Source: Hypanus sabinus (Eukaryota). Taken from it: a stretch of 64,000 nt of DNA. The translations under genes were made by a program, and so were the position numbers. The stretch spans positions 24,924,001 through 24,988,000 of the forward strand of contig NC_082731.1 of NCBI RefSeq assembly GCF_030144855.1. Direction: 5' to 3'. Positions 1 to 12,519 of the stretch are shown here, piece after piece. The notes below the pieces were generated by a model. That model saw only the letters and a program-made list of their open reading frames with translations, did no database searches and was not told where the DNA came from. Numbering within the stretch: position 1 is the stretch's first letter; every line of letters begins with the position of its first letter.

Positions 1-213
1 CACCCTTCTGTAAGTGTCCTGCGTCCTGCAGCTAAAGAGATGAACGCTGATATCCAGAGAGTGACACACACACACACGTGTAATTTTTTTGAGCTTAGGA
101 CGGTTGCTTACTTCCTGAGATGTAAACTGAAATATAATCACTGCCTCGTGTTGCGAGATACGGTCCAATCTTCATGTAAACCATTGTATACAGATGCAAG
201 CATATAGCGCGTA

Positions 214-882
214 CAATAGACAATAGACATTAGGTGCAGAATTAGACCATTCGGCCCTTCGAACCTGCAGCGCCATTATGAGATCATGGCTGAACATCCA
301 CTATCAATACCCGGTTCCTGCCTTGCCCCATATTCCTTGATTCCCCTATCCATGAAATACCTATCTAGATCCTTCTTGAAAGCATCAAAAGAATTGGCCA
401 CCACTACCTTCCGAGGCAGTGCATTCCAGATCCCCACAACTCTCTGGGAGAAGAAGTTTTTCCTTAACTCTGTCCTAAATGACCCACTCCTTACTGTCAA
501 ACCATGCCCTCTGGAACTGGACTCTCCCAGCATATGGAACATATTTCCTGCCTCTATCTTGTCTAATCCCTTAATAATCTTATATGCTTCAATCAGATCC
601 CCTCTCAATCTCCTTAGCTCCAGCGTGTACAAGACCAGTCTCTCTAACCTCTCTGCGTAAGACAGTCCGGACATCCCAGGAATTAACCTCGTGAATCTAC
701 GCTGCACTTCCTCTACAGGCAGGATGTCCTTCCTTAACCCTGGAGAACAAAACTGTACACAATACTCCAGGAGTGGTCTCACCCGGGCTCTGTACAAATG
801 CAAGATGATTTCCTTGCTCTTGTACTCAATTCCCTTTGTAATAAAGGCCAACATTCCTTTAGCCTTCTTCACTGCCTGCTGC
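214..882 (-). mobile_element. CR1-type LINE 3' end (RT C-terminus, 3' UTR, (ATTGTCT)n tail)
   Basis: ORF 276..872 (EYKSKEIILHLYRARVRPLLEYCVQF...RRLRGDLIEAYKII) is a typical CR1 ORF2 C-terminus. CAATAGA repeat tail at 214-232. Same family as 19025-21385. Confidence 0.9.
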
Positions 883-3800
883 AGGACAGATTTTTATCAC
901 TATGATAAAATTTGTAACTGCAGCTAAGAAAAGTGATTTCAGAAATAACCCAGCAACGAGTGTCTCGACTTTATACGTTGATGCTTTTCTGTTAACTATT
1001 ATTCCAAATGCGTTTTGTCAAATTAAATTGAACCACAGGGTTAATTGCTGGAGGCTTACAGTGTTTTGAAACACATTTTGCAAGGAGGATAAAAGTAAAA
1101 GGAAATTGTTGACGGTTCTCGATAAAGTTCGATTTTCATACTTTGCACAGTTGTGATGATGAATCGACAAAAATTTTCGTCCATTTTCCTGCATTACTAC
1201 ATAGCTCCAAACTACAATTTCAGTGTGACAGATGGGAAAGACAGGGACAATGCTTTCGATTGCGTTATATTAAGAGTGGAGGAACAGCAAGTTACAGTTA
1301 CGATGATAGCAAACATACCAAATTCAGCGAGGTTTCTGTATAAGGAGGTATTGCATGAAAGCTATGCAAATGTACCACTCGACGAATTTGGGAAAGATTT
1401 TTAAGCCCTGAATTTAAAACAAAACTTGTGCAAAACGAGGTTATGAAATAGATTTGGCAGATAATGAGAACACGAAATATTGGTTAAGCTATTGTAAATT
1501 TGCTATTAGTTTCGATGTTGAATACTGGAACATTGGTAATGTTCCTGTTGGAAACGGACCCAGCCGTGCAGGCTTCCGGGGCTTAGACACACCAACTCTC
1601 TGGGACATGGATACCGATCGCACCCTCTTTAAAAAAACATGCTGTCCCGCTAACTGGTGGACATGATTTAGCCCCAGGATATAATATTCGATAAAATCCT
1701 GATGGGAAGTACGGTGCACAATCGTAAGCTCATCTGCATTACCGACCAGACTCCACTTTTCTTGATTACGTGTCTTGAGACCCAGGCAGTCTCCGATACC
1801 CCAGCAGTTACCTAATTGTTCTCTTCAAGCTATTTCCTCGCAATGCGACCGACCCAGCTTGAGTACTGCTGCATACAACAGACTTTTGTAAGCTGTGCTT
1901 CACTGCAAAAATATCAAGACAGTGGCCTTATGTACACGAACTCCAGATTGTCCTGTGTCAACTATCGCTGGGCGGAAGAGGGAGTCGCTCTGATGAGGCT
2001 TCAGTCTCTCTGCAGAGCCAGCCCCTCTTACTATCCCCGACAGATCCGGCGGTGACCCATGTTCTTGGTAGGGCTTTCTTATTCAATGTTCGTTTGTGTT
2101 CGAATTCCAGCCGGCCCGGTTCCGTATGGAACGCAGAAAGTTGAAGTTCATGATGCCTCTCCTGACCGGCATAGCAGAAGCGTGTGCAACGACGCAGATC
2201 GAGCGAAGATCGGAGATTTACCGCGAATCGGAAAAATTGTGGACTTCATGAGAAAGGTATTACATTACATCGCAATCAGCAAATATTTGCTTATACTAAA
2301 ATAGCAGGTCCTGTGCAGAATTTACAGTAAATTTCCAATGAAAAATTAGAGAGGTGGTTTGAAGAATGATAAAGGTATCTCACCGGACACATGTAGACGA
2401 TGATGCATTTTGGCCATTGAACCCGAAGCGGTATTATGCCATAAATGGCAAGGCACTGCTGCCTTTTTTGCCCTTGGATCTGAAACATTTGGGAGTCAAA
2501 GGCACAGATGGAGAACGGGCCGTGTATTTACTTTACTTTACTTCACTTTATTATCACCAAACAATTGATATTAGAGCGTATATTCATCACAGTGATATTT
2601 GATTCTGCGGTTCGTTGTGTATTGCAGAATGTGCTTAGGGAAAATCAGGAATTTACCATCAGGAAAAATATGTTCTAGTTCTCTATTTCGTTGGTCAGTC
2701 TGTGTTTGGAGTATTGTGGACAACATTTCTCACAGCGTAATAGCAAGTTTATTCTCAGTTGAAGGGAATGCGGCCTGATGCAGAGGACCCGGGATTTATA
2801 TTAAAGATCAGCACTCTGGATCATTATTCCTTGCAGCGCAGGAGAGTAGGTTGACCCATCATCGAATTTATAAATTTATAAGTTGCACGTATAATGTCGA
2901 CGTCTGACCAGTGGTGTGTTTTGCAGTAGGAGTGAGTTGGAGAGGTACTTTTAAAAAAATCTCAGAGTCAAGTAATTTTAACAACTGGCATTGAATATGC
3001 GGAATAAAATGCCAGCAAAAGCAAAGGACACAGGTACAATACCAAGCTGAAGAGATATTTGGGTAAATACCTCGAAGATAGTGCAGGGAGAATTATGTGC
3101 AAAACAGTCAGTTCGAAAAGTATGATAGATGAGGTGACATGGAAAAAGATATTCCTTTGCATGTTGCATGAAAATGAACACATTTTTGATATTTCGAATT
3201 AAACCTGTTTTTAGCTCTGTACTGTGCTTTGGTTCTGTGTCTGAGTATCAATTTTTCCAAGAAGAATTTCTGCACCTGGTGATTTAAGAGTCATATACAA
3301 TTATTAAAAACCACGGTATAAACCTGAATATAATTCGGTGCGTCTTTGTTTTTTTGTGAACATTTTCTCTCATTGGAGTCCTAATGTTACTTGTATGGAC
3401 AGTGACGGCGTCGGGAGGTTGCAGCTTAATGTAACAAGAACACTCCCTGGTCTGTGTATTAAGCTGTGGAATGTATTATAAACACAGATTGTGCTTACTA
3501 AAGTATGGGTCGGTATAATATGAAGAAAGACTTGGTAAAAAATTGTTTGGACACATTAAACAGTGAATGGACGGGATTTTGAAGGAAAGAGAGACCGTCA
3601 CACATATTCACCTTCCTCTGTCATCAGTGATCAAGAGGCCAGCAGTCGCCAGTCTGGGAAATTCTACGTAAAATAAAAGCTATAAACCTGCATTCAGTCA
3701 GCTCGGAAGCAAAAACCGTGGTTTCTAATTCATCACGTGTTGGCATCGTTTGCATTGTCCACCACGCCTTAGGCACAAAAGGATATTTTAAGGTGCTTCT

Positions 3801-4269
3801 GTTACAGGTTAACATCACTACGCCAAGGTAATATTGCATTAACGTACTCTCCAAGACTACCTTACTTTCGTTTCTCTGTGAGGGAGGTCTAGCTGCCAAT
3901 ACAGATTACTTCAGAGGTGAATAGCCACAACGCACCAACGGGACGATATCTTAGCTAAAGCCATACGTTAAAATCAGTTTATGTTTTTAATTACCAGGTT
4001 AAATTTCGACATCGCATATTTATAATTCAAGGAGGTCTTCGGAATTACAGACAATTATTCCATTCGAATAAAAATTACAAAAAAACAAAAGATTTTTCGA
4101 GAAGCAATGGTTACCAACCAGATAAACATGCGAACGTGTTAGGGGCACAGAAACCGAAAGACAATCAATAACTACAGTTCTTCTCATCATTACCCCTTCT
4201 GTCTTTCATTCCACTTATCAATCTTTTCAAACCCCAATGCTTTTCAACATTAATACCATATTGATGCTA

Positions 4270-4333
4270 AGTGACATCATTTGCATTTGTTGACGCTTAC
4301 ACCTGCGGCAGGACAAAATAATTTACGCAGGTG
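4270..4333. promoter_or_regulatory. Cluster of lymphoid-type motifs: CRE decamer, octamer, paired E-boxes
   Basis: AGTGACATCA 4270-4279 overlapping ATTTGCAT 4279-4286; TGACG 4291-4295; CACCTGCG 4300-4307 and CGCAGGTG 4326-4333. Motif match only. Confidence 0.3.
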
Positions 4334-4914
4334 CTGCAAAAGCTTCTACGGACAGTGACGACAGATAAACAAACCTAAATTTTTGAGTACTGACTCTAAG
4401 CACACAAATAGCGCTACTGTTGATTAAAACTACCTGTTAAGTAATGTCCGTCGGGTGAAAGCGAGGCAGGCAGGGAGGTAAAATGAGATGCAATAGTCAT
4501 TGCATTGTCTGCTGACTGTGAAATGCCTCTTAAAGGTTATGTCAGTTGTGAATGAGGGAATACAGTTTGAAAATACGAAGGAAATCAATAATAGAACTTC
4601 AACATATTAAAACCAAAGTCTAATATTTCAGTAGAACTTACAGTCATATTTTTATATATGTACAACAAGAACAGGTGCAAGGAAATTCATACCTTCTGCA
4701 GCACCAGCAGTACGTCGTATTGGTAAGAAAAGAAGGGAACATTCAAAGGGTAAATAAAAAAAAATAAAACAAAGACAAATTCTTTTTTGATCAGGAAGAG
4801 CTGAACAGAAGCAAGATAATGTCCTGTGATGTGAAAAATGGCAACACTATTCAGAGAACAACAAAGATGACCACAGAATCTTGGGCTTTTTTACCATTTA
4901 GAGTGAGGCAGATT

Positions 4915-5215
4915 CAAACAAGAAGACATGAGTTTGAGATTTAAGGGGCAGAAATTTAGTGGTAACACGAGGGGGAAATGCTTTACTTAGAGGCTGTTAG
5001 CTGTGTGGAACGAGCTTCCTGTAGAAGTGGTAGAATCTGGTTCGATATTTCATTTAAAGTAAAATTGGATATGTATATGGACAGGAAGTGATTGGAGAGT
5101 TATAGGGTGAGTTCAGTTCGGTGGGACTAGGTGAGCTTAACGTTCGGCACGAACTAGAAGGGGTCGAGATGGCTTGTTACCGTACTGTAATTGTTATATG
5201 GTTATATAGTTATAA
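4915..5215 (+). mobile_element. Decayed CR1 LINE 3' fragment
   Basis: AGAAGACATGAGTTTGAGATTTAAGGGG...GTGTGGAACGAGCTTCC matches the CR1 3' ends elsewhere in the window; ends in a (TTATA)-like tail. Confidence 0.7.
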
Positions 5216-7769
5216 TATAAATGTTACACGTGTTGGTACCCAAACCTTAACAGAAGGTAAGCAAACATAAATGCTTAGGAGAAAATGTTCGAATTCTATG
5301 TAGAAATTCTTCTTAAATTATTCTATTGGACTGGCAGCAACCGGGAAAATGAAGCAGTGTACAATTTGAAGGAGAATTGTTACAATTTTAAAATAAATGC
5401 AACTTCGAGGAAACAATTTGTGTTGAACTTGCTGAACTGGGAGCGCATGGAGAGAGCAGAGAAAACTCTGATTGATAGGGCAGCGAGAAAAAGGAGACAT
5501 TTGTCTAATTAGTTCATGGAAGCAATTTGAGACCGAATGTCCATTTGTGGAAATGAGTTTTCATGGAAACCAAAGGATATCCTCTTCATCAGCCCGTCCC
5601 TTGTTTACGCCATGACAGAATTTGCCGCACAGCTGGAGATTACAGGTTAATATCAAACTGAATGAAATAATTCCCAATTTCAAACAAGATGTGTGTTAAC
5701 GCTGCTGAATTGCTTGCACTGATTCCCATTAATCTATCACATTTTCATTTCCAGGATCGTTCAGACAACCGATGATTCAGTGCCTGACTACGGTGACAAT
5801 GAATATCCGCCTTGCTCTGACCACAACTTGCAATTTCCAGATTGCTGTCTTATGACAGTATGATTATCACTCTGCAAGTATCACCAAGCGGACGAAGAGC
5901 AGAACAGGGGGCGAACGTATTCAAACAGGGTGGAAGATTTTTACGATTTATTTTCAAACAAGAACGAGAAATACATTCGGAATTCTAAATCTCAAAGTTG
6001 AGTCAGTGCACACATTTCTGTAAATCGTATTTTTGTTGGGAAGATGCATAGGTTGGCACTGGGATTCAGGGCGTAATGAAACATTCACTGCACATTAACC
6101 CAAAAAGTGAAAACACAAATGCGCGCCACTGTTGTCTCCATAGAATTGATTCTGAGCGGACAGTTCACACCTTTCATTTCTTTCATTCTCAATGTATTCG
6201 GATCGTGCTATCTTTCCCGCTAATGGTTTTATGAAATAGGTTTTAGTAAAGGCTGATTCTCCTTCCGAATACATTACTCTATAACGGACCCTATTCTACA
6301 ACCGGGAACGGGTTACGCATTTGTTGAGCTGCTAAGTTATATCCTTTTGACTCACAGATGCACTGTGAATGCCAGAATTACAGACGTTAAATATTGCTAC
6401 AGTTTTGAGCATTCACGGCGAAAGAGAGTCAAACAAAAACCTCGGCATCATTAATATATATTCGCCATTCTAATACGTAATATTTTGTGTAACTTTCGGC
6501 TGTACAGCATGAGCAAATTTTATTTTAATTGTGTTTTTTTTTCCACAAATGATTCTCGACGGTTTCCCACTTTTGTAAAACTACTTCTGTACCATCTATT
6601 AAGGGCACTTTAATGAGCTTTCTGTGTTAGTGGTAACAGGTGGATCCGAACTGGAACAGAGCGTTTGTGTTTAATGTCCTGACTAATTTGGCAACAGATG
6701 TAATGGCTCATCATCAGGTTGTTTTTGAAATGGTCTTATTCAGCAGAGTGATCGAGAGGTTTTGCATGAATTCAGACACATTTGCTCATGAAAAGAGATG
6801 ATCTCATAACAATTAGGTACCTGGACATCTCACTTATCTGAATGTGACCCTGGAAATATTCCAGTATCTTTTCATTTGCATATCCATCAAAATCAGAGAA
6901 AAGTTATCTCTAAACGTTTTTGTTTTAATTTTGCACAGGATATATTGACAGAGCAAGTCACGTTTGCTTCAGAGTTCAAAAGACAGCTGTTGCAACATTC
7001 CCCGTGAGTTTAAAGCTTGACTCTTTTGAAGCGTAAATCTGCTGGTATCGTTTTAGGGCAGTAAGAATAGCTGTTATTATTTTACATTCCAGTGGCCTGC
7101 CGTTTGATTGGCATCAGAGTGAGTGAGAGACGACTTTGCCTTTCGTGCTGTAAACAGATTGACTACCGATTTCAACGCGTGTTACTGATAACGATGCAAT
7201 CAAAATCACTGTGCGTCACAACAATGACAGGCAAACACGTTATCAAGCACAGGGTACACAGAATGACATGAGAGATGCCCAATATTGAAAAAAATACTAA
7301 AACTCTGCTGCAAAATTGAAAAACAAGTGAAAATTAGCGGATTGTGGGAAACGTGGAGTACATGCCGAAAACCACTAATATAATAAGAAGTCCAAACGCC
7401 TCAACCACCATCTCCAGCAGTAACTTTGAAGCTTAAGAGGTAATTGGATTCCACGTCGATTTCGAAGAATATATTTCATTTTTATGTTTGGATATGGATT
7501 TTGACATAGAACTCTGCCATTCCAAAGATCTCATTACGATCCTCACGATTTTATCAGTCTAGTGCATGCTCCGCCCAAGAGTAAAGGTAGGAAAACCCAG
7601 CTGTACTAAAGTCGAGGAAAATGCGATTGCTGTACATATGTGATCATCACTTTACTTGATGTTTCAAGTTGATTTAGAAAGTGTAACATGCAAGGTTAGA
7701 TTATTTTGTGGTTTTAAGCCTCTTCTAGGGTACCGACTATTAGTTGAAGTTTCCTTTAGATGGATTCAG

Positions 7770-7990
7770 AAATCAGAATCAGAATCAGAATCAGTCTTTA
7801 ATCGCCATGTACCTGTGCTCATACAAGGAATTTACTTCCGGCAGATGTTGTCTCTCTGCTCATAACAATAATAATGATAAATATAAATGAAAATATAGAT
7901 TATACATACAAGTAATGCAATCCAAGTAATAGTTAGCCGACAGTTAACCGGCAGTTAACTGTTCAGCAAAGTGACCGCAGTAGGGAACCA
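7770..7990 (-). mobile_element. Probable LINE 3' tail with (AATCAG)n repeat
   Basis: Tandem AATCAG repeat at 7771-7795 followed by AT-rich UTR-like sequence; family not determined. Confidence 0.4.
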
Positions 7991-8822
7991 AAAGTTCCCC
8001 TGCTAGCTGTGGCAGTAGTTTTCGGTTCATGGCGACTCGGGAGTATATAAAGAGCACGTGCCAGAGACGCGCTTGTATTCCTTGCTCTTCACGGGCTCAT
8101 CTTCACACAGGTCCTGTGCAGTGCAAAATTGCCATAAGAAAATTATGCTTCTGATATAGGAGGGCCCATGCGCACACTTAGATATTTGTATGTTGAATGT
8201 TTAGATTTTTATTTATTCGGGGAGACTTTATGAAGGACTTGAGTTGGAAGTGTAACTGACCATTAGATGTTGTCATATGTTCAAATTAGGGTGACAAAGA
8301 TGGTGGGCAGAATGCTTCACACTTTGTCTAAAATAAATGTTCCATGTGCTTATTAGAAATCAGACTGTTAGTTGTCACTTAGCAAATCCCTGGGCATGCC
8401 ACCACTCATAACTGAATCGCAGAAGACCCGTTTCACATCCCCTCACTCACCCTGTTGTCTGACCTGTCTTATCTGTCGAACAATGTCAAAGTCAAATTTC
8501 TTATCAAAGGTCACAAAAGTTTCTTTATTTGCTGGAAATCTGGATGGATAAATGCAAAGTCTTTGGAAAACTCATCATGCTCGGCGGCATCTATGGAGAG
8601 GAAAGTTAAAACGAGCCATAGAAGAAGGTGCGAGGTGTCCAGGAGAATTAACTGAGCAGCTGTCAGGTGATGAGTGCAAAACCTGATTAAGAAGGAACTA
8701 AAACGTACTCGTACCGATACACAAGTACATCGACTCATCTGCAGTTCACTGCAGGCACAGTTGGGTGAGTTTCTTCGTAGCTGGTTTGTTGAGAATGCAC
8801 GTAATCTTGTTGCCTGCGTAGA

Positions 8823-9061
8823 GGAAAAATGCCTGTCTCTCACCGTCACATGCAGGTGCCATAAAAAATGGTCAAGCGAATTTTTTGTAACCGGGCAGTT
8901 TATCAAACAGACGCAGCTAGGAACGTAGAGACAGCGTATCTACACAGGAGGAAGATATTTAATAACGGAAAATAAAGCAGAAATGTCAATTGCCCTGAAA
9001 ATCATGAATCTTGGAGTTAAGGACCGCATCACCTATTTATGTAAAATTCAATATCAATATA
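8823..9061 (+). pseudogene. NAR-TCR V segment, cassette 1 (5'-truncated, in-frame stop)
   Basis: Translates EEKCLSLTVTCRCHKKWSSEFFVTGQFIKQTQLGT*RQRIYTGGRYLITENKAEMSIALKIMNLGVKDRITYLCKIQYQY and aligns to the intact V at 54346-54627. TAG at 8926-8928; leader and start of FR1 missing. Confidence 0.85.
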
Positions 9062-9099
9062 CACAGAGCTCGGAAAAAAAATTCCGCCGTACTATAATA
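9062..9099 (+). other. Degenerate V RSS (22-bp spacer)
   Basis: CACAGAG 9062-9068, 22 nt, ACTATAATA; positional homolog of 54628-54665. Confidence 0.65.
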
Positions 9100-9242
9100 T
9101 TCGCTCCAAATTATCCCATCAACAGCTTGCAAAAGGAGGTTAATTTGTCAGTAATATATGGAGGCACTTGACCAACATTCCATACAGTATTTTTTGTAAT
9201 GGGACAGTTTACTGCTCCTACTGTAGTACATTTCTCTTCTGA

Positions 9243-9250
9243 ATTTGCAT
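9243..9250 (+). promoter_or_regulatory. Octamer motif in V-D interval, cassette 1
   Basis: Exact ATTTGCAT; same position in cassettes 2 and 3. Confidence 0.5.
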
Positions 9251-9408
9251 ATACAGAATCACGTTTGACATTAAAAAAAATACAAAATCAGCAACCGAGA
9301 ATGATTTTCCGTTTCCCAAACCATTACCTCGGATGGAACTCTGCTCCAACAGCATGAAATATATAATGGCAGTTTGGAAGCTGTTATCTCCAGCCTTCTC
9401 CCGTTCTC

Positions 9409-9478
9409 CGATTGGTACCTGACACGAAACACTTTGGTGGTTGGGATATACACAAAGGAGGATAATCGAACAAGATCT
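9409..9478 (+). other. NAR-TCR D segment, cassette 1 (coding 9437-9450) with 12/12 RSSs
   Basis: CACTTTG 9430-9436, GTGGTTGGGATATA, CACAAAG 9451-9457, 12 nt, ACAAGATCT 9470-9478. The 5' nonamer is weak. Confidence 0.8.
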
Positions 9479-9780
9479 TTTGCCCCGATAAAGCATATGT
9501 TCTGGAGTCGGGAAATGAAATCATATGTCGGATTACTTTCACGCTGTGTCTTGGGAAATTTAGTTGTACTTTGTCCATTTCAGGAGTTCGTCTTTGTCGC
9601 CGGCTGCAGTTTGGGGAGCCGACATTCCGAAAATATGATGAGGTCATTTTATAGAGTTCTCTTGTTCACAGGTAGCATCACTGTTGTTTCTGGAAAACCG
9701 AATAATGCTGTTGATGTTTTAAATGTCTTGGATATTTGTACACATCGAATGATGACCGCGGATTCGTCTGAGTTAAGGAT

Positions 9781-9879
9781 GTTTCCTGCACAGTGAGACT
9801 GAGAGTCGTGTCACGGTGAGTTACTATACTGACTATCAGTATGGAACTGGGTCCACGGTTATAGTCACAGTGGGTAAGT
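9781..9879 (+). other. NAR-TCR J segment, cassette 1 (coding 9819-9873) with RSS and splice donor
   Basis: GTTTCCTGC-22-CACGGTG, then SYYTDYQYGTGSTVIVTV+G (IgNAR-type Y/D-G-x-G motif), donor GTAAGT at 9874. Confidence 0.85.
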
Positions 9880-11262
9880 ATTTGAACTGGCCGTTAAAAG
9901 CCGTATAAAGCCGTTTTATCAATGTGCTTGGACAGGACAGTTTTCCTGAATATATCAGGTTTCATTGAGATTTCGGAGATTAAGCTTTATGAAAAATAAC
10001 ACGTTTAGATGGTCAGCCATGAAGGCGCCTAGGGAAAATGCAGTTAAGTAAAGGCAACGATTCTCTGTACCCTTATATTCGGAGAGGAGTGCGAAGGGTT
10101 ATTTCTTATAGGCAAAACGGTTATTTTTTGTTGACAGCAGGCGGTTTTGGGTGCAGCACAATAAATGTTCATCTTGGGTGAGCGCATAGCGCTATCAGGA
10201 CTGACGAAACTTTCAGCGAAGTCCTGTGCTGAGAAACTCTGCAGCTGTACAGAAACTGCATGTTGCAAGATTGAGAAAGTAACTCTTGATCATGCGCGAG
10301 CTATAGATTCAATTTGACAGTATAGACGCCCTGTTGCGCATGAAATGGACACCCACATGTAAATTGCAATGCAAACAACATCTACAGAAAGCCTGAGAAC
10401 ATTTTTCGTTGACAACACATATATAGCATATGCAGCAAAAGGAGTAAAAAAAAACTGATAGAGAAAAAGAAAACATCTGAAAGCTGGCTGATCTGTAAAT
10501 AAAATGGAGGATTGCCTGGCATAGAAACTGGGGAAAAAATGAGAAAGTCTGCAGATGCTGGAAGCCCAATCAACAGACCAAAAATGCTAGTTTATCTCAA
10601 CAAGCCAGGTTGCATATTTGATTAACATCGTCGGTTTAGTCTTGTGCACATTTGCTGCATGCCCTGCTGAGTTTATTTAGCATTGGGGTGCGTCACAGTG
10701 AATAATTCGGAAGTTTTAACGGGGAGTGTTTTAAATTTAAAAACGTGTACTCATACCCCACAGGTCCTCATCACAAACATGGAAAATTAGGCCTTTCTGA
10801 TGGATCTTAATCTACTAAATCAAGAAACAACATATTTGTAGATGGTGCATCAGTAGTTCTAAATAAATGTGTTTCTCAATGAAATTTCCCATTTTTCCTT
10901 CCCTTACAAAAATTAAGAAAATATCAAATTTTACACAATGTAACAGAGAGATTCTGCATCTCTCCGGGAGCCGGCTGTGGGAACTTATTTCAAGAATGTT
11001 CTGTATTTTAATGAACAATTCCTGTGGTTTCAGATTATCTAGCATTTAATTTCAGTATTTCTATTTCTCCTGCTGATAATGTCAATTCACCTGTTGCACC
11101 ACATGTCAATGAAGTCGCCAGAAGAATTTCCAAGGGCAATAAAAATATTTTGGAGACGTTGTGAACGAAACCAGCAGGTGTGAATGTTTCAGCTATTCCT
11201 ATGGGTGGCTGATCCAATAACGGTAGTAAAGTAACAGTGATGCCTCTTTTAAATTCCTTCAG

Positions 11263-11568
11263 ATCCATTATCGTTGGTGTCCAAAGGTCCGTCTTTTCAG
11301 TCTTCTTATTCTGATGACGTCGTCACATTATGCTGCGAATATTTAGTGTTTTTGTACATTAACGGTACACTAGTTCTGGCAGCTCCAAGCAGAGCCTCCG
11401 AAACTTCTGCACCAGAAGCATACATCTGGCGATCATGGTCAGGAAAATGCTACCGAAGACACTTCTTCGGTTCTATCGATCCTGAGAAGAAATTCAGCAT
11501 TTTAAAGACCCTGAAGCTGCAAGTGGACGATTCGGCTTTGTACCAATGTGCCATCAGTCGGGGAAGAG
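11263..11568 (+). pseudogene. Supporting (leaderless) TCR-delta V, cassette 1
   Basis: Acceptor TTCCTTCAG 11254-11262; DPLSLVSKGP...VVTLCCEY...KLQVDDSALYQCAISRG. Relative to cassette 3: +1 indel at 11349-11353, TAG at the Trp codon 11371-11373, -1 indel near 11456. Confidence 0.85.
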
Positions 11569-11640
11569 CACAGTGCTATACAGCCTCTACGTGGTGGCTT
11601 ACACAGCGGTTCAAAACACGAAGGGAGCTGTACAAAACCT
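11569..11640 (+). other. Truncated RSS1 plus intact 23-RSS2 after V-delta 1
   Basis: CACAGTG 11569-11575 with its nonamer deleted; CACAGCG 11602-11608, 23 nt, ACAAAACCT 11632-11640. Confidence 0.85.
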
Positions 11641-11655
11641 GGCGAGTGCGAATAC

Positions 11656-12519
11656 TGTCAGGAACGGGGACAGGATTGGAACGAAATGCTGGACGCAGGC
11701 ACTGAAGTACTAGGGGTAGGACAGGATGGTGATTCCATGGCATGCAAGTGGTATTGCAAGCGGGCGGGATCCCAGAGTTGAGATGAGGCAGAAGGATCCC
11801 AGAGGTCGGAGGAGGAGGAGGATCCCAGATTTCGTAGCAGACTGTGGGATCCCAGAGTTTAGGCAGGGCAGGAGGATTCCTCATGTCGGGCCGCATGTAT
11901 CCCGGGAAGGGCCGCCTCCCAGGCGGAAAACACGGAGGCCTGGGCAAGGCGTGGACACCTTTGCAGGTGCGTGGCACTACTCTGAGGGAGCAATGGATGG
12001 AACGGGCAGTGCCTCCGCCAGGACTGCCCGAAGGAGGCAAGGGATCAGAAGGAAGCTGCCTCTATGGTGAGCAGCAGGACTACCGTGATACACCGGTAAA
12101 TTACGAAAGGCAACCAACAGCGTGACAGCCCAGGTAAGTCGAATAAGGCGGAACAGCGGGACCAGCGCACATGAGAGAAGAAGGGAAACAAGACCAACCG
12201 GACAGAACCGATACAGAACAGGCCGGCAACCAGGGCAGAACCGGGTCTGGAGCGTGCGAAATAGGTTCAGAGCAGGATTCTGAGCCGGCGGTCCAAGTAC
12301 AGAGCGGTTAAAGCGGCTTCGAAGCAGGGCGACCCCACAACTAGGCTCAGTCCCAGAGCCCCTTATAAACACCTGCCCCCTAATAGGCGACAGGTGGACC
12401 TCCTTAAGCCAGATAATCCAATAGCTCCGGGTGACAGGAGGGCTGCCTGCAAGGCCCCGTGTCCTGACTCCGCCGACCGGAGCAAAACCGGAAGGCGGGC
12501 TCCGGACCGGACCCCTACA
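11656..12519. mobile_element. Solo LTR-like insertion
   Basis: TG...CA termini; flanks AATAC/AAAAC (4/5 TSD). Sequence after 12520 resumes homology with the post-RSS sequence of cassettes 2 and 3. Confidence 0.7.

Noticed and set aside
2588-2630. Isolated CACAGTG heptamers (also 9789, 9866, 10695)
   Set aside because: No nonamer at 12 or 23 nt; several are expected by chance in 64 kb.
3570-3899. Minus-strand ORF with VMLTC...WW and a nearby LMTEEGEYV* motif, plus GCAAAAACC at 3709
   Set aside because: Ig anchors are not in one frame or at proper spacing; there is no heptamer at 12 or 23 nt from the nonamer.
7005-7270. GTGAGT...TTCCAG intron-like pair followed by an open frame and CACTGTG at ~7207
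   Set aside because: No ATG leader, no Trp or YxC anchors, and no nonamer.
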